The translations under genes were made by a program, and so were the position numbers. This document shows, piece by piece, positions 1-8,943 of a stretch of DNA of 64,000 nucleotides (within the stretch, counting starts at the first letter, position 1; each line of letters opens with the position of its first letter). The notes beneath the pieces were generated by a model. It was given only the letters and a program-made list of their open reading frames with translations. It made no database searches and had not been told where the DNA came from. This stretch comes from an uncultured Thermoplasmata archaeon (GTDB lineage Archaea > Thermoplasmatota > Thermoplasmata > RBG-16-68-12), in contig CAVYJM010000006.1 in assembly GCA_963768855.1 (NCBI GenBank), positions 544,001-608,000 of the forward strand, read 5' to 3'.

Positions 1-1141
1 CCGTCCGCGCGAGGACGGTCCCCTCCTTTCCCATCTCCGTCACCAGGACGTCCACCTCATCCCCCACGAGGGCCTGGTGGATCTCGCGGGCGATCGCGAA
101 GCGGAGGGACGTGAGCCTCCGTGAGCGGTACTTCACCCGCCATCCCACGACTGGGTCGGGCATCGAGGCCGCAGGCGTTCCCGGACGGGCCGAGAAACGC
201 GTGACGTTCACGATGTCCGGACGGACACGGCGCATCAGGTCCATCGTGGCCTCGAACTGGTCCTCGGTCTCCCCCGGGAAGCCGACGATCGCATCCGTGG
301 AGAGGGTCAGTGCGGGGAAGGCCCGCCGGAACGCGGCCACGATCGCCTCGAACTCCGCGACCGAGTACTCGCGCCGCATGCTCGCGAGGACCTCGTCGTC
401 TCCGCTCTGGACCGGCAGGTGCAGGAACTTGAAGACCTTCTCGGAACGGTACGCGTCGACCAGATCCTCGGCGATCGGGAGGACCGTGAGTGGATCGGCC
501 ATGCCGACTCGGACGCGGAACTCCCCCGGGACCGCGTCGATCGCGCGTAGCAGGTCGGCAAGGTTCGACCCGCTGTCCCGTCCGTAGGCTCCCGTGTCTT
601 GCCCGGTGAGCTTGATCTCCCTGGCGCCGCGGTCCACCTCCCTCCGGACGCGCGCGACGAGGTCGTCGACGGGATAGGACGTCACGGAGCCGCGGGCAAC
701 CCGCGTGATGCAGTACGTGCAGCGGCCCGCGCATCCCTGCGCGATGGGGACGATGGCGTCCCGCCATCCGAGCGCCTGCGCCTCCGCGTCCGCCGCGCGG
801 TCCGCGCAGGCGGTGCCCTCCCCGAGGAGGCTCACGATCTGCGTCCACTTCCGCGGCGGGAGCAGCTTGGCGCGAGGCACGAGCGCGCGGACGCGCTCCC
901 GCTGCGCCGCCGCCATGCAGCCCGCGACGACGAGCGGCCCGTCGTGCGACGCGAGCTCCTTCATCCGACGGACCATCTTCCGTTCTGTGGCCTCGATGAC
1001 CGTGCAGGTCACGAGGACGTGGGCGTCGGCCTCGGCCTCCGAACGCGTGAGGGTGTGGCCGTTCGCGGCGAGGGCCTCCTGCATGAGCCGGGCCTCGCCG
1101 TAGTTCTGCGTGCAGCCGTACGCCTCGACGTACACCTTCAC
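1..1141 (-). CDS. MiaB-like radical-SAM tRNA methylthiotransferase (archaeal MtaB-like), 3' end truncated by window edge
   Basis: Absent from the ORF track because it has no stop in the window. Manual translation from GTG 1141 gives MKVYVEAYGCTQNYGEA...TCTVIE (UPF0004 N-terminal domain), CAGRCTYC (CxxxCxxC, ~711-733) and a TRAM-like VDVLVTEMGKEGTVLART at the edge. Confidence 0.9.
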   Translation of the reverse strand, partial: MKVYVEAYGCTQNYGEARLMQEALAANGHTLTRSEAEADAHVLVTCTVIEATERKMVRRMKELASHDGPLVVAGCMAAAQRERVRALVPRAKLLPPRKWTQIVSLLGEGTACADRAADAEAQALGWRDAIVPIAQGCAGRCTYCITRVARGSVTSYPVDDLVARVRREVDRGAREIKLTGQDTGAYGRDSGSNLADLLRAIDAVPGEFRVRVGMADPLTVLPIAEDLVDAYRSEKVFKFLHLPVQSGDDEVLASMRREYSVAEFEAIVAAFRRAFPALTLSTDAIVGFPGETEDQFEATMDLMRRVRPDIVNVTRFSARPGTPAASMPDPVVGWRVKYRSRRLTSLRFAIAREIHQALVGDEVDVLVTEMGKEGTVLART

Positions 1142-1249
1142 GAGCCGCTCGAACGCGAGATGGGTATTTTTCCCTTGGGCCGCGACCTCAAGCCGCGTCC
1201 GGATTCGGTACACAACCCTTATCCCCGAGCCGGATGTTCCCGGCCTATC

Positions 1250-1501
1250 ATGACCTACCAAGGTCAGCCGGAGGAGATGCCCCCGCCCCCGCCGCCTCGC
1301 CCCGCGTCGGGCGAGCTGCGCGACCGGGCGAAGGCCGCGAAGCTGCGGCACAAGGCGGCCAAGGCGAAACTGAAGGCCCACACGCTCAAGGAGCGCGCGT
1401 TGCGTCTCGAGGACAAGGCGTCGTCCTGGGAGAACCGCGCGGATGAACTCGACGGCGTTACGCGGGCCCCGCCGACTCCACCCCTACCGCCGGACGAGTG
1501 A
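1250..1501 (+). CDS. Small hypothetical protein (83 aa): Pro-rich ends, basic helical core
   Basis: ATG 1250, 3' part of track ORF 599..1501; GC3-rich codons; MTYQGQPEEMPPPPPPR...AKAAKLRHKAAKAKLKAH...PPTPPLPPDE. Confidence 0.65.
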   Translation: MTYQGQPEEMPPPPPPRPASGELRDRAKAAKLRHKAAKAKLKAHTLKERALRLEDKASSWENRADELDGVTRAPPTPPLPPDE

Positions 1502-1719
1502 CCAGCGGTCCGTGGGCGGGGATCGAAAGGTTGGGCCGCAGGGCGTAGCCCCGGGATGCGATTTGGTTTACATATTCGGTTTCAAGATACAGCGAGAGCA
1601 CCGGGCTCTGCGTCTTCGTGAGTTTGCACATGCCCATCCCGCGGAACACATGGGGCGACGGGACACTTGAACTTATGTCAAGCCGAAGGTTCATTCCGGA
1701 CCGCCGGCTGTCCCGGCGC

Positions 1720-2379
1720 ATGCCCCGCCGCCGTGACCCGAACTGGGCCGCCATCGACGCGCCGCTCGCGGACTACATCGACGCCCTCGCGAACCGCGGA
1801 GGCGACGTGCTCGCCGGGGTCGAGGAGGTCGGCCTCCGCGACGACTGGCCGATCGTCGGGGCGGCAGAGGGCAGCTTCCTCCATATCCTCGCGAAGAGTC
1901 TGGGGGCGCGTCGCATCCTCGAGCTCGGCACGGCGATCGGCTACTCGGGGACGTGGCTCGCCCGGGCGTTGTCGCCGGACGGCGAGCTAATCACGGTCGA
2001 GGCCGACCCGGAGACCGCCCAGATCGCCGCCGCGAACCTCGAGAAGACGGGCGTGAAGGACCGCGTGACGATCCTCGTGGGCCCGGCCCAGGAGGTCGTG
2101 GAGGATCTCGAGGGGCCTTTTGACCTGATCTTCGTCGACATCAACAAGGATGGCTACCCGGAGATCCTCGAGCCCTGCATCCAACGGCTACGGGTGGGCG
2201 GCCTGCTCGTGACGGACAATGTCCTGTGGAAGGGCGCGGTGGCGGACCCGAAGGACCGCTCCCGGGACACCGCGGCGATCCGCACCTACAACGAGCGCCT
2301 CGCCCGGGACCCGCGGATGCTCGCGGTGATCCTCCCGCTCCGGGACGGCGTCTCGGTCGCCCTGAAGCTCTGGGCGTGA
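1720..2379 (+). CDS. SAM-dependent O-methyltransferase (caffeoyl-CoA OMT/Methyltransf_3-like)
   Basis: ILELGTAIGYSG, FDLIFVDINK and GGLLVTDNVLWKG motifs. Start chosen at ATG 1720; 1675 is an alternative. Confidence 0.9.
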   Translation: MPRRRDPNWAAIDAPLADYIDALANRGGDVLAGVEEVGLRDDWPIVGAAEGSFLHILAKSLGARRILELGTAIGYSGTWLARALSPDGELITVEADPETAQIAAANLEKTGVKDRVTILVGPAQEVVEDLEGPFDLIFVDINKDGYPEILEPCIQRLRVGGLLVTDNVLWKGAVADPKDRSRDTAAIRTYNERLARDPRMLAVILPLRDGVSVALKLWA

Positions 2380-2421
2380 TGCGGCGAGGATTCATATCGA
2401 GCCGGTCCCTCTCCCCGATTC

Positions 2422-3717
2422 GTGGTACGCAAGCGCCCCCGCGAGCACCTCTTCGTCGAGACGGACGGACAGGTGTACCTGGTCCGCGACCACGGCAAGC
2501 TCCGCTTCCCGCGCAAGGGAGATCGTCTCGCCTTCCGGACGCTCCCCGGTGCCCGGATGGACTTCCCGGAGGACGTCGTCCACAAAGTGAAGCCGGTCCT
2601 CGACTACCACCCGGAGGAGTGGTACCAGCGGGACGAGATCTTCGACCGCGACGACGTCGACGGCCTCGTGAAGCGCGCGATCTATGCGACGATGATTCGG
2701 TGCGTCTCGGAGGTCGTGATCTCGAAGGGGACGCGGGTCCTCCTGGTCAAGGCGGTCCGCGGCTTCTCCAAAGGGCACTGGAACCTCCCGGGCGGGTTCA
2801 TGGACTACGGCGAGGGCCCCGAGGCGGGCGTGCTCCGCGAGGCGGAGGAGGAGACCGGCGCCCCCGTCGTGCTCGACGGTCCACTCAACATCTACACGTC
2901 CGGGTTCCCCGGGAAGCCGTCGTACACGCTGGGGTTCCTGTTCAAGGGCCATGTGGCCTCGGAGGCCTTCCACGTCAAGCCGGACGAGATCGAGCGCGTG
3001 GATTGGTACACCGTGGACAAGGCCCTCACGCTCACGCGCAATCCCTTCGCGAAGTGGGGCCTCGTCGACTTCTTCCTCCAGTCTCCGGAGGCGAGGCGGG
3101 CGCTCCACGTGAGGCGCCACGGGCTCTCGGACGGGACGGATCGGGTCCTGAAGCCGACCGTGTTCCTCGACCGGGATGGCGTGATCAACCGCGGCCGCAA
3201 GGGGTACGTCCGGACCCCTGACTCCTTCGAGTTCCTCCCCGGCGCGATCGAGGGGATGCGGACCCTCCAGGCCGCGGGGTGGCGCATGGTCGTGGTCACG
3301 AACCAGGACATGATGGGCTGGAAGCTCGTCCCGGAGCGCCAGCTCCGGCGTATCCACGAACGGATGCTCGCGGGCCTCCGGAAAGAGGGCGTCCACATCG
3401 CGGAGATCTACTACTGTCCCCATCACGTGCTCTCGGATTGTGCCTGCCGCAAGCCCCGGCCGGGCATGCTACTCGCCGCGGCCCGCGACCTCGGCGTGAA
3501 CCCCCGGAACGCGTGGATGATCGGGGACAAGGTCCTCGACGTGGAACTCGGCCGGGCTTTCGGATGCCGCACGGCGTGGGTCGGACCGAAGGAGTGGCGC
3601 GCTCGGTTCCGAGAGGCGATGCGGCCCTGGCACCCCGATGTCGTGGCGGACGACCTTCGGCAGGCCGCGAAGAAGATCGCGACCGCCGGGTCGTCTCCGC
3701 GACCCAATCACCGCTGA
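2422..3717 (+). CDS. Nudix hydrolase fused to a GmhB/HisB-like HAD class IIIA phosphatase
   Basis: Nudix box GGFMDYGEGPEAGVLREAEEETG; HAD motifs FLDRDG, VVTNQ, CPHHVLSDCACRKPRPGML, MIGDKVLD. Confidence 0.88.
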   Translation: MVRKRPREHLFVETDGQVYLVRDHGKLRFPRKGDRLAFRTLPGARMDFPEDVVHKVKPVLDYHPEEWYQRDEIFDRDDVDGLVKRAIYATMIRCVSEVVISKGTRVLLVKAVRGFSKGHWNLPGGFMDYGEGPEAGVLREAEEETGAPVVLDGPLNIYTSGFPGKPSYTLGFLFKGHVASEAFHVKPDEIERVDWYTVDKALTLTRNPFAKWGLVDFFLQSPEARRALHVRRHGLSDGTDRVLKPTVFLDRDGVINRGRKGYVRTPDSFEFLPGAIEGMRTLQAAGWRMVVVTNQDMMGWKLVPERQLRRIHERMLAGLRKEGVHIAEIYYCPHHVLSDCACRKPRPGMLLAAARDLGVNPRNAWMIGDKVLDVELGRAFGCRTAWVGPKEWRARFREAMRPWHPDVVADDLRQAAKKIATAGSSPRPNHR

Positions 3718-3879
3718 GTCAGGCCAGGTCGCCCCGCACTTCGGGCAAGGGACCGCGGAACTCAAGCATTTCCCGCAGCCAGGTCGAATGGCAGGTGGGA
3801 AAACTCTTGCGGGCCGAGCTCCGCTCGCCCGCAAACTCTTATCCTCTGGGCTCCTTGCGGCCTCCCGCGGGTGAACGCG

Positions 3880-5376
3880 ATGGTCCAGGAATACGGCCTC
3901 TTCTTCAACGGGAAATGGCACAAGTCCGAGGGGAAGCGATTCGAGACCCGGAATCCCGCGACCGGGGAGGTCCTCGCGACCTTCCCGCTGGCCACCCCGA
4001 TCGAGGTCGCGGCCGCGATCAAGTCCGCGAAGGGCGCGTTCGAGGCGTGGCGCAAGACGCCGGCCCCCCGCCGCGGGGACCTCCTGCTCGAGGCCGCGAC
4101 GGTCATGAAGCGGAAGAAGGAGGAGCTGGGCCGCGTCGTGACCTCCGAGATGGGGAAGGTCATCGCGGAGGGCCGCGGCGACGTCCAGGAGGCGATCGAC
4201 TTCTACACTTACGCCGCGGGCGAGGGCCGCCGCATGTTCGGCGAGACGGTCCCTTCGGAGCTCCCGAACAAGATGTGCATGACCGTCCGGCTCCCGGTGG
4301 GTCCGGTCGGCCTCATCACTCCCTGGAACTTCCCCGTCGCGATTCCAGGATGGAAAAGCGGGGCCGCCCTGATCGCGGGTTGCCCGATCGTGTTCAAGCC
4401 CTCTTCCCTCACGCCGCTGTGCGGGGCGAAGTTCGTGGAGTGCCTCGACGAGGCGGGTTTCCCGCCCGGGGTCGTCAACATGCTCACGGGGAGCGGATCC
4501 GTCGTGGGCGACGGCATCGTGGCCCACCCCGACATCCGTGCCGTCTCCTTCACGGGCGGCGTGGACACGGGGAGGCACGTATACGAGAGCGCGGCGAAGA
4601 AGATGATCAAGGTCGGGCTCGAACTCGGCGGGAAGAACGCGATCATCGCGATGGACGACGCGAACCTCGAGCTCCTCCTCGACGGCGTCCTGTTCGGGGC
4701 CTTCGGGACGGCCGGGCAGCGGTGCACCGCAACGTCCCGCCTCATCGTGCACGAGAAGATCTACGACCGTGTCGTCGGCGATCTGGTCGAACGCGCCTCG
4801 CGCCTCAAAGTGGGCAACCCGATCGACGAGAGGACGGACATGGGGCCCGTGGCCTCCGGTGACCAGGAAAAGAAGGTCCTCGAGTACATCGCCATCGGGA
4901 AGAAGGAAGGCGGCACGCTCCTGACCGGCGGCCAGAAACTCACCGGCGGGCCGTTTGCGAAAGGCTTCTTCGTCCAGCCCACGATCTTCGCGGTCGACCG
5001 AGACAGCCGCCTCGCCCAGGAGGAGATCTTCGGGCCCGTGCTCAGTGTGATCAAGGCGAAGGGCTACGAGGACGCCGTCGCCATCGCGAACTCGGTGAAG
5101 TACGGCCTCAGCTCGTCGATCTACACGAACGACCTCCGGTGGGCCTTCCGGGCGATGCAGGATCTCGAGGCCGGGATTACGTACGTGAACGCGCCGACGA
5201 TCGGCGCGGAGGTCCAGCTGCCCTTCGGCGGGACGAAGGAGACGGGTCCCACCGACACTCGGGAAGCGGGGACGACCGCGCTCGAGGAATTCACATACTG
5301 GAAGACCATCTACGTGGACTACTCGGGACGGCTGCAGAAGGCGCAGATCGACACGGCCCGCCTCGCGGGCGGGTAG
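3880..5376 (+). CDS. NAD(P)-dependent aldehyde dehydrogenase
   Basis: ITPWNFP, FTGG, LELGGKN (Glu), AGQRC (catalytic Cys), EEIFGP. Confidence 0.95.
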   Translation: MVQEYGLFFNGKWHKSEGKRFETRNPATGEVLATFPLATPIEVAAAIKSAKGAFEAWRKTPAPRRGDLLLEAATVMKRKKEELGRVVTSEMGKVIAEGRGDVQEAIDFYTYAAGEGRRMFGETVPSELPNKMCMTVRLPVGPVGLITPWNFPVAIPGWKSGAALIAGCPIVFKPSSLTPLCGAKFVECLDEAGFPPGVVNMLTGSGSVVGDGIVAHPDIRAVSFTGGVDTGRHVYESAAKKMIKVGLELGGKNAIIAMDDANLELLLDGVLFGAFGTAGQRCTATSRLIVHEKIYDRVVGDLVERASRLKVGNPIDERTDMGPVASGDQEKKVLEYIAIGKKEGGTLLTGGQKLTGGPFAKGFFVQPTIFAVDRDSRLAQEEIFGPVLSVIKAKGYEDAVAIANSVKYGLSSSIYTNDLRWAFRAMQDLEAGITYVNAPTIGAEVQLPFGGTKETGPTDTREAGTTALEEFTYWKTIYVDYSGRLQKAQIDTARLAGG

Positions 5377-5412
5377 CCGCGGCGGATCCGCAGACCGGCA
5401 CGGGCGGTCGGA

Positions 5413-5802
5413 TCACCGCTTCGCCCGCTCTCCCGTGGGACGCTCCCTGTCAGTCCGGAACTCGTAGTCGCGGACCACGCGGCACATCTCGATACGGTAG
5501 GGGTCGTAGAACTCCTCGCGACCCTTCCGCTAGGCCCCGAGGTGTTCCGGTTCGCGCCTCCGCGCTTCCAACGACTTCTCGTCCGCGAAGCGGGCGATGT
5601 CGAGGACCTCCCCGTCCTCGCTGGTGTACTCCTTCAGCGAGATGAAGCCGGGCCACGGGTCCACGAGCTCGTGCATCCGCTCGGAGGTGCGCCGGTACGC
5701 CCTCGCGTCTGTGCCCTTCCGGAGGTGGAGGTCGAAGATTACGATGACTTCCTTCGGGTCCTTGACGCGGCGGTAGGGCACCTTCCCTCGCTCCCGGGCC
5801 AT
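5413..5802 (-). pseudogene. Antibiotic biosynthesis monooxygenase (ABM)-domain gene interrupted by an in-frame TAG (pseudogene, readthrough or sequencing error)
   Basis: Track ORF 5530..5802 (PGFISLKEYTSEDGE...EPEHLGA) stops at TAG 5530-5532. The same frame continues RKGREEFYDPYRIEMCRVVRDYEF, the expected ABM C-terminus, to TGA at 5413. Confidence 0.7.
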
Positions 5803-5859
5803 TCAGCCCGGACCCGGCAGACGCCGGACGGCTCAAGACCCTTTGCCGGATGGCGGGGT

Positions 5860-7278
5860 TCAGCCGCCCCCGGCGCCCACGAGGTCCTTGCTCGGCGCCG
5901 TCAGGTGCTTCGGGTCGAGGATCTTCGCGGCTTCCTCAGCGCTCAGGAGCCCTTTCTCGACGACGATCTGCCTCACGGACTTGCCCGTGCGGCCCGCCTC
6001 CTTCGCGATCTCCGCGGCCTTCTCGTACCCAATAATCGGGTTGAGCTTGGTGGCGATCGCGGGGCTCGACTCCGCATACTGCAGTAGTAGGTCCACGTTC
6101 GCCGTGATTCCGTCGATGCACTTGTGCGAGAAGACCTTCGCCACGTTCGACAGGAGCTCGATGTTCTGCTGAAGGCGGTGCGACATGACGGGCATCATCG
6201 TGCACAGGTCGAGGTTCGAGTGGGTGTTGGCCACCGCGATGGCCTCGTCGTTGCCGATGGCGGTGACCGCGACCTGCATGACCGCCTCCGGGATGACCGG
6301 GTTCACCTTCCCGGGCATGATGGACGAGCCCGGCTGGACCGCGGGCAAGTTGATTTCCCGCAGGCCCGTGTGCGGCCCTGACGACAGCCAGCGCAGATCG
6401 TTGGCGATCTTCAGCATCGAGATCGCCACCGTCCGAATCGCACCGCTCGCTTCAACGAGGGAGTCCTGGGCCATCTGGGCCTCGAAGTGGTTGTCGGCCA
6501 CGCGGAATTTCGCATTCGTCGCGCCACCGATCTTCTCGACGACCCGGCCGGGGAAGTCGGGATGGCTGTTGATTCCGGTGCCGACCGCGGTCCCGCCGAT
6601 CGCGAGCTCCGTGAGGGACGCCCGCGACGCAGTCACCCGGCGGATGCCGTGGTCGATCTGGGACTGGTACCCGGAGAACTCCTGCCCCAGGCGAATCGGG
6701 GTCGCGTCCATCAGATGAGTGCGCCCGGACTTGACCACGGGGTCGAACTCCTTCGCCTTGCGCGCGAGGCTCTCCTCGAGCTCGCGCAGCGCGGGGAGCA
6801 GGTCCTGGTCGATTGCGATCACGGCGGCCACGTGGATCGCGGTCGGGATGACATCGTTCGAGGACTGGCCCATGTTCACGTGGTCGTTCGGGTGAACCGC
6901 TCCCTTCTCTCCGAGCGGGGTGCCCAGCATCTCGTTCGCGCGGTTCGCGATGACCTCGTTCGCGTTCATGTTCGTCGAGGTGCCGCTCCCGGTCTGGTAG
7001 ATGTCGAGGGGGAACTGGTCATCCAGCTTCCCGTCCATGACTTCCTGGCACGCCTGGACGATTGCCTTGCCGATCTTCGATTCCAGGAGGCCCAGCTCCA
7101 TGTTCGTCTGCGCGGACGCCAGCTTGATCAGGCCGATGGAATAGATGAACCGCCGGCCGAAGCGGATCCCGCTGATGGGGAAGTTTTCGATCGCGCGCTG
7201 TGTCTGGGCTCCCCAGTACGCTGTCTTGGGGACCTTCAGCTCTCCCAGGAAGTCCTTCTCGGTGCGAAACTCCGTCAT
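5860..7278 (-). CDS. fumC: Class II fumarate hydratase (fumarase/aspartase superfamily)
   Basis: GSGTSTNMNANEV, GSSIMPGKVNPV signature, KSGRTHLMDATP; start MTEFRTEKD at 7278. Confidence 0.88.
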   Translation of the reverse strand: MTEFRTEKDFLGELKVPKTAYWGAQTQRAIENFPISGIRFGRRFIYSIGLIKLASAQTNMELGLLESKIGKAIVQACQEVMDGKLDDQFPLDIYQTGSGTSTNMNANEVIANRANEMLGTPLGEKGAVHPNDHVNMGQSSNDVIPTAIHVAAVIAIDQDLLPALRELEESLARKAKEFDPVVKSGRTHLMDATPIRLGQEFSGYQSQIDHGIRRVTASRASLTELAIGGTAVGTGINSHPDFPGRVVEKIGGATNAKFRVADNHFEAQMAQDSLVEASGAIRTVAISMLKIANDLRWLSSGPHTGLREINLPAVQPGSSIMPGKVNPVIPEAVMQVAVTAIGNDEAIAVANTHSNLDLCTMMPVMSHRLQQNIELLSNVAKVFSHKCIDGITANVDLLLQYAESSPAIATKLNPIIGYEKAAEIAKEAGRTGKSVRQIVVEKGLLSAEEAAKILDPKHLTAPSKDLVGAGGG

Positions 7279-7407
7279 GACGAGCCCCGTCTCGCCGACA
7301 GTGGGCACTCCGTATTAATCTTGCCCACCTACGATGGGAAATATGTATTGCACGGGGCGAACGTTCATCTCGCCCGCGGCCGCACCCGGACCCGAAGGTG
7401 GCGCGGT

Positions 7408-8250
7408 TTGCGCGTGATATCCACAGACAAAGTGCGCGAGACGGTCCGGGACCTGTACAAGGAGGCCTGCGTCGTGATCAACCCGGAACTCAAAGCGGCG
7501 TTCGCGGAGGCCGCGAAGGCGGAGCCTTCGACTCAGGGCCGCGAGATCCTGACGATGCTCGTCGAGAACTCGGAGCTCGCGCAGCGCGAGAACCTTCCGA
7601 TGTGCCAGGACACCGGGATCGCCATCGTGTTTCTCGAGCTCGGCGAGGAGGTCCGCTTCGACAAGCCGGGCTTGCTCGCGGCCGTGAACCAGGGCGTCCG
7701 CGAAGCGTGGAAGGAGCAGTACCTGCGCGCCTCGCTCGTGAAGGACCCGCTGCGGCGGGGGAACACGGGCGACAACACGCCCGCGATGGTCCACCTCGAC
7801 CTCGTTCCGGGAGATCGGCTCAAGATCGTCGTCGGAGCGAAGGGCACGGGGGCGGAGAACATGTCCAAGACGAAGATTATGAGCCCCTCCGCCGGGGTCG
7901 AGGGCGCGAAGCAGTTCCTGCTCGAGACCGTCAAGGCCGCAGGACCGAACGCTTGCCCCCCGCTCGTCCTCGGGATGGGCATCGGCGGCAACTTCGAGGA
8001 AGTCACCCTCCTCGCGAAGAAAGCCCTCTACCGGCCCCTCGGGTCGCCGAACCTGGACCCGTATTACGCTGACCTCGAGAAGGAATGGCTCGCGGCCGTG
8101 AACCGACTCGGCGTGGGCCCGCAGGGACTCGGGGGCGGCACGACCGCCCTCGCCCTGCACATCGAGGCGAAATCGTGCCACATCGGCGCCCTGCCCGTCG
8201 CGGTGAACATCGACTGCCACGCGCACCGCCACAAGGAGGCGGTCCTGTGA
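7408..8250 (+). CDS. Class I Fe-S hydro-lyase (fumarate hydratase/tartrate dehydratase) alpha subunit
   Basis: PMCQDTG, KGTGAEN, NACPP, IDCHAHRH; TTG start at 7408 after GAAGGTG RBS. Confidence 0.9.
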   Translation: MRVISTDKVRETVRDLYKEACVVINPELKAAFAEAAKAEPSTQGREILTMLVENSELAQRENLPMCQDTGIAIVFLELGEEVRFDKPGLLAAVNQGVREAWKEQYLRASLVKDPLRRGNTGDNTPAMVHLDLVPGDRLKIVVGAKGTGAENMSKTKIMSPSAGVEGAKQFLLETVKAAGPNACPPLVLGMGIGGNFEEVTLLAKKALYRPLGSPNLDPYYADLEKEWLAAVNRLGVGPQGLGGGTTALALHIEAKSCHIGALPVAVNIDCHAHRHKEAVL

Positions 8251-8816
8251 GCGACGTCGTGAACCTCCGCCCGCCTCTGAAGGACGCGGATGTGGCGGGA
8301 CTCAAGGTCGGGGACCGCGTGGCGATCACCGGGCTTATGTTCGGCGCCCGCGACTCGGCGCACAAGAAGATGGTCGAGCTCCTGGACCAAGGCAAGCCCC
8401 TCCCCGTGGACCTCCGCGGCCATATCCTCTACTACGTCGGACCGACGCCTGCGCCGCCCGGTCGGGCGATCGGCGCCGCGGGACCGACGACCTCCCTGCG
8501 CATGGACGCCTACGCGCCCCGGATGTACGAGTACGGCGTCAAGGCGACCGTGGGCAAGGGCAGCCGCAACCAGGCGGTGATCGACAGCCTGGTGAAGCAC
8601 AAGGCCGTCTACTTGATCGCGGTGGGTGGCCTCGGGGCGACCCTGTCGCAGCGGATCAAGTCCGCGAAGGTCATCGCTTACCCCGAGCTCGGCACGGAAG
8701 CCCTCTGGGAGTTCAAGGTCGAGGACTTCCCGGCCATCGTCGCGAACGATTCGCGAGGGCGGGACGTCTTCAAGGAAGGGCAAGAGATCTGGGCCAAGAA
8801 GCTCGCCGTCGCCTGA
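8247..8816 (+). CDS. Class I Fe-S hydro-lyase beta subunit
   Basis: ARDSAHK, YYVGPTP, GPTTSLRM, DFPAIVANDSRG; GTG overlaps the alpha stop (GTGA). Confidence 0.92.
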   Translation: MSDVVNLRPPLKDADVAGLKVGDRVAITGLMFGARDSAHKKMVELLDQGKPLPVDLRGHILYYVGPTPAPPGRAIGAAGPTTSLRMDAYAPRMYEYGVKATVGKGSRNQAVIDSLVKHKAVYLIAVGGLGATLSQRIKSAKVIAYPELGTEALWEFKVEDFPAIVANDSRGRDVFKEGQEIWAKKLAVA

Positions 8817-8943
8817 CACCCGTCCATGGACGGGGAGGGGCCGGCGAATCGGCCCGGGCCTGCACGCTTCTGAACACTTGTCACTCGAGAGTATGACAAG
8901 CCCTCTTATAATCCCGTTATATTAGCGTCACTCACACCAGGAA

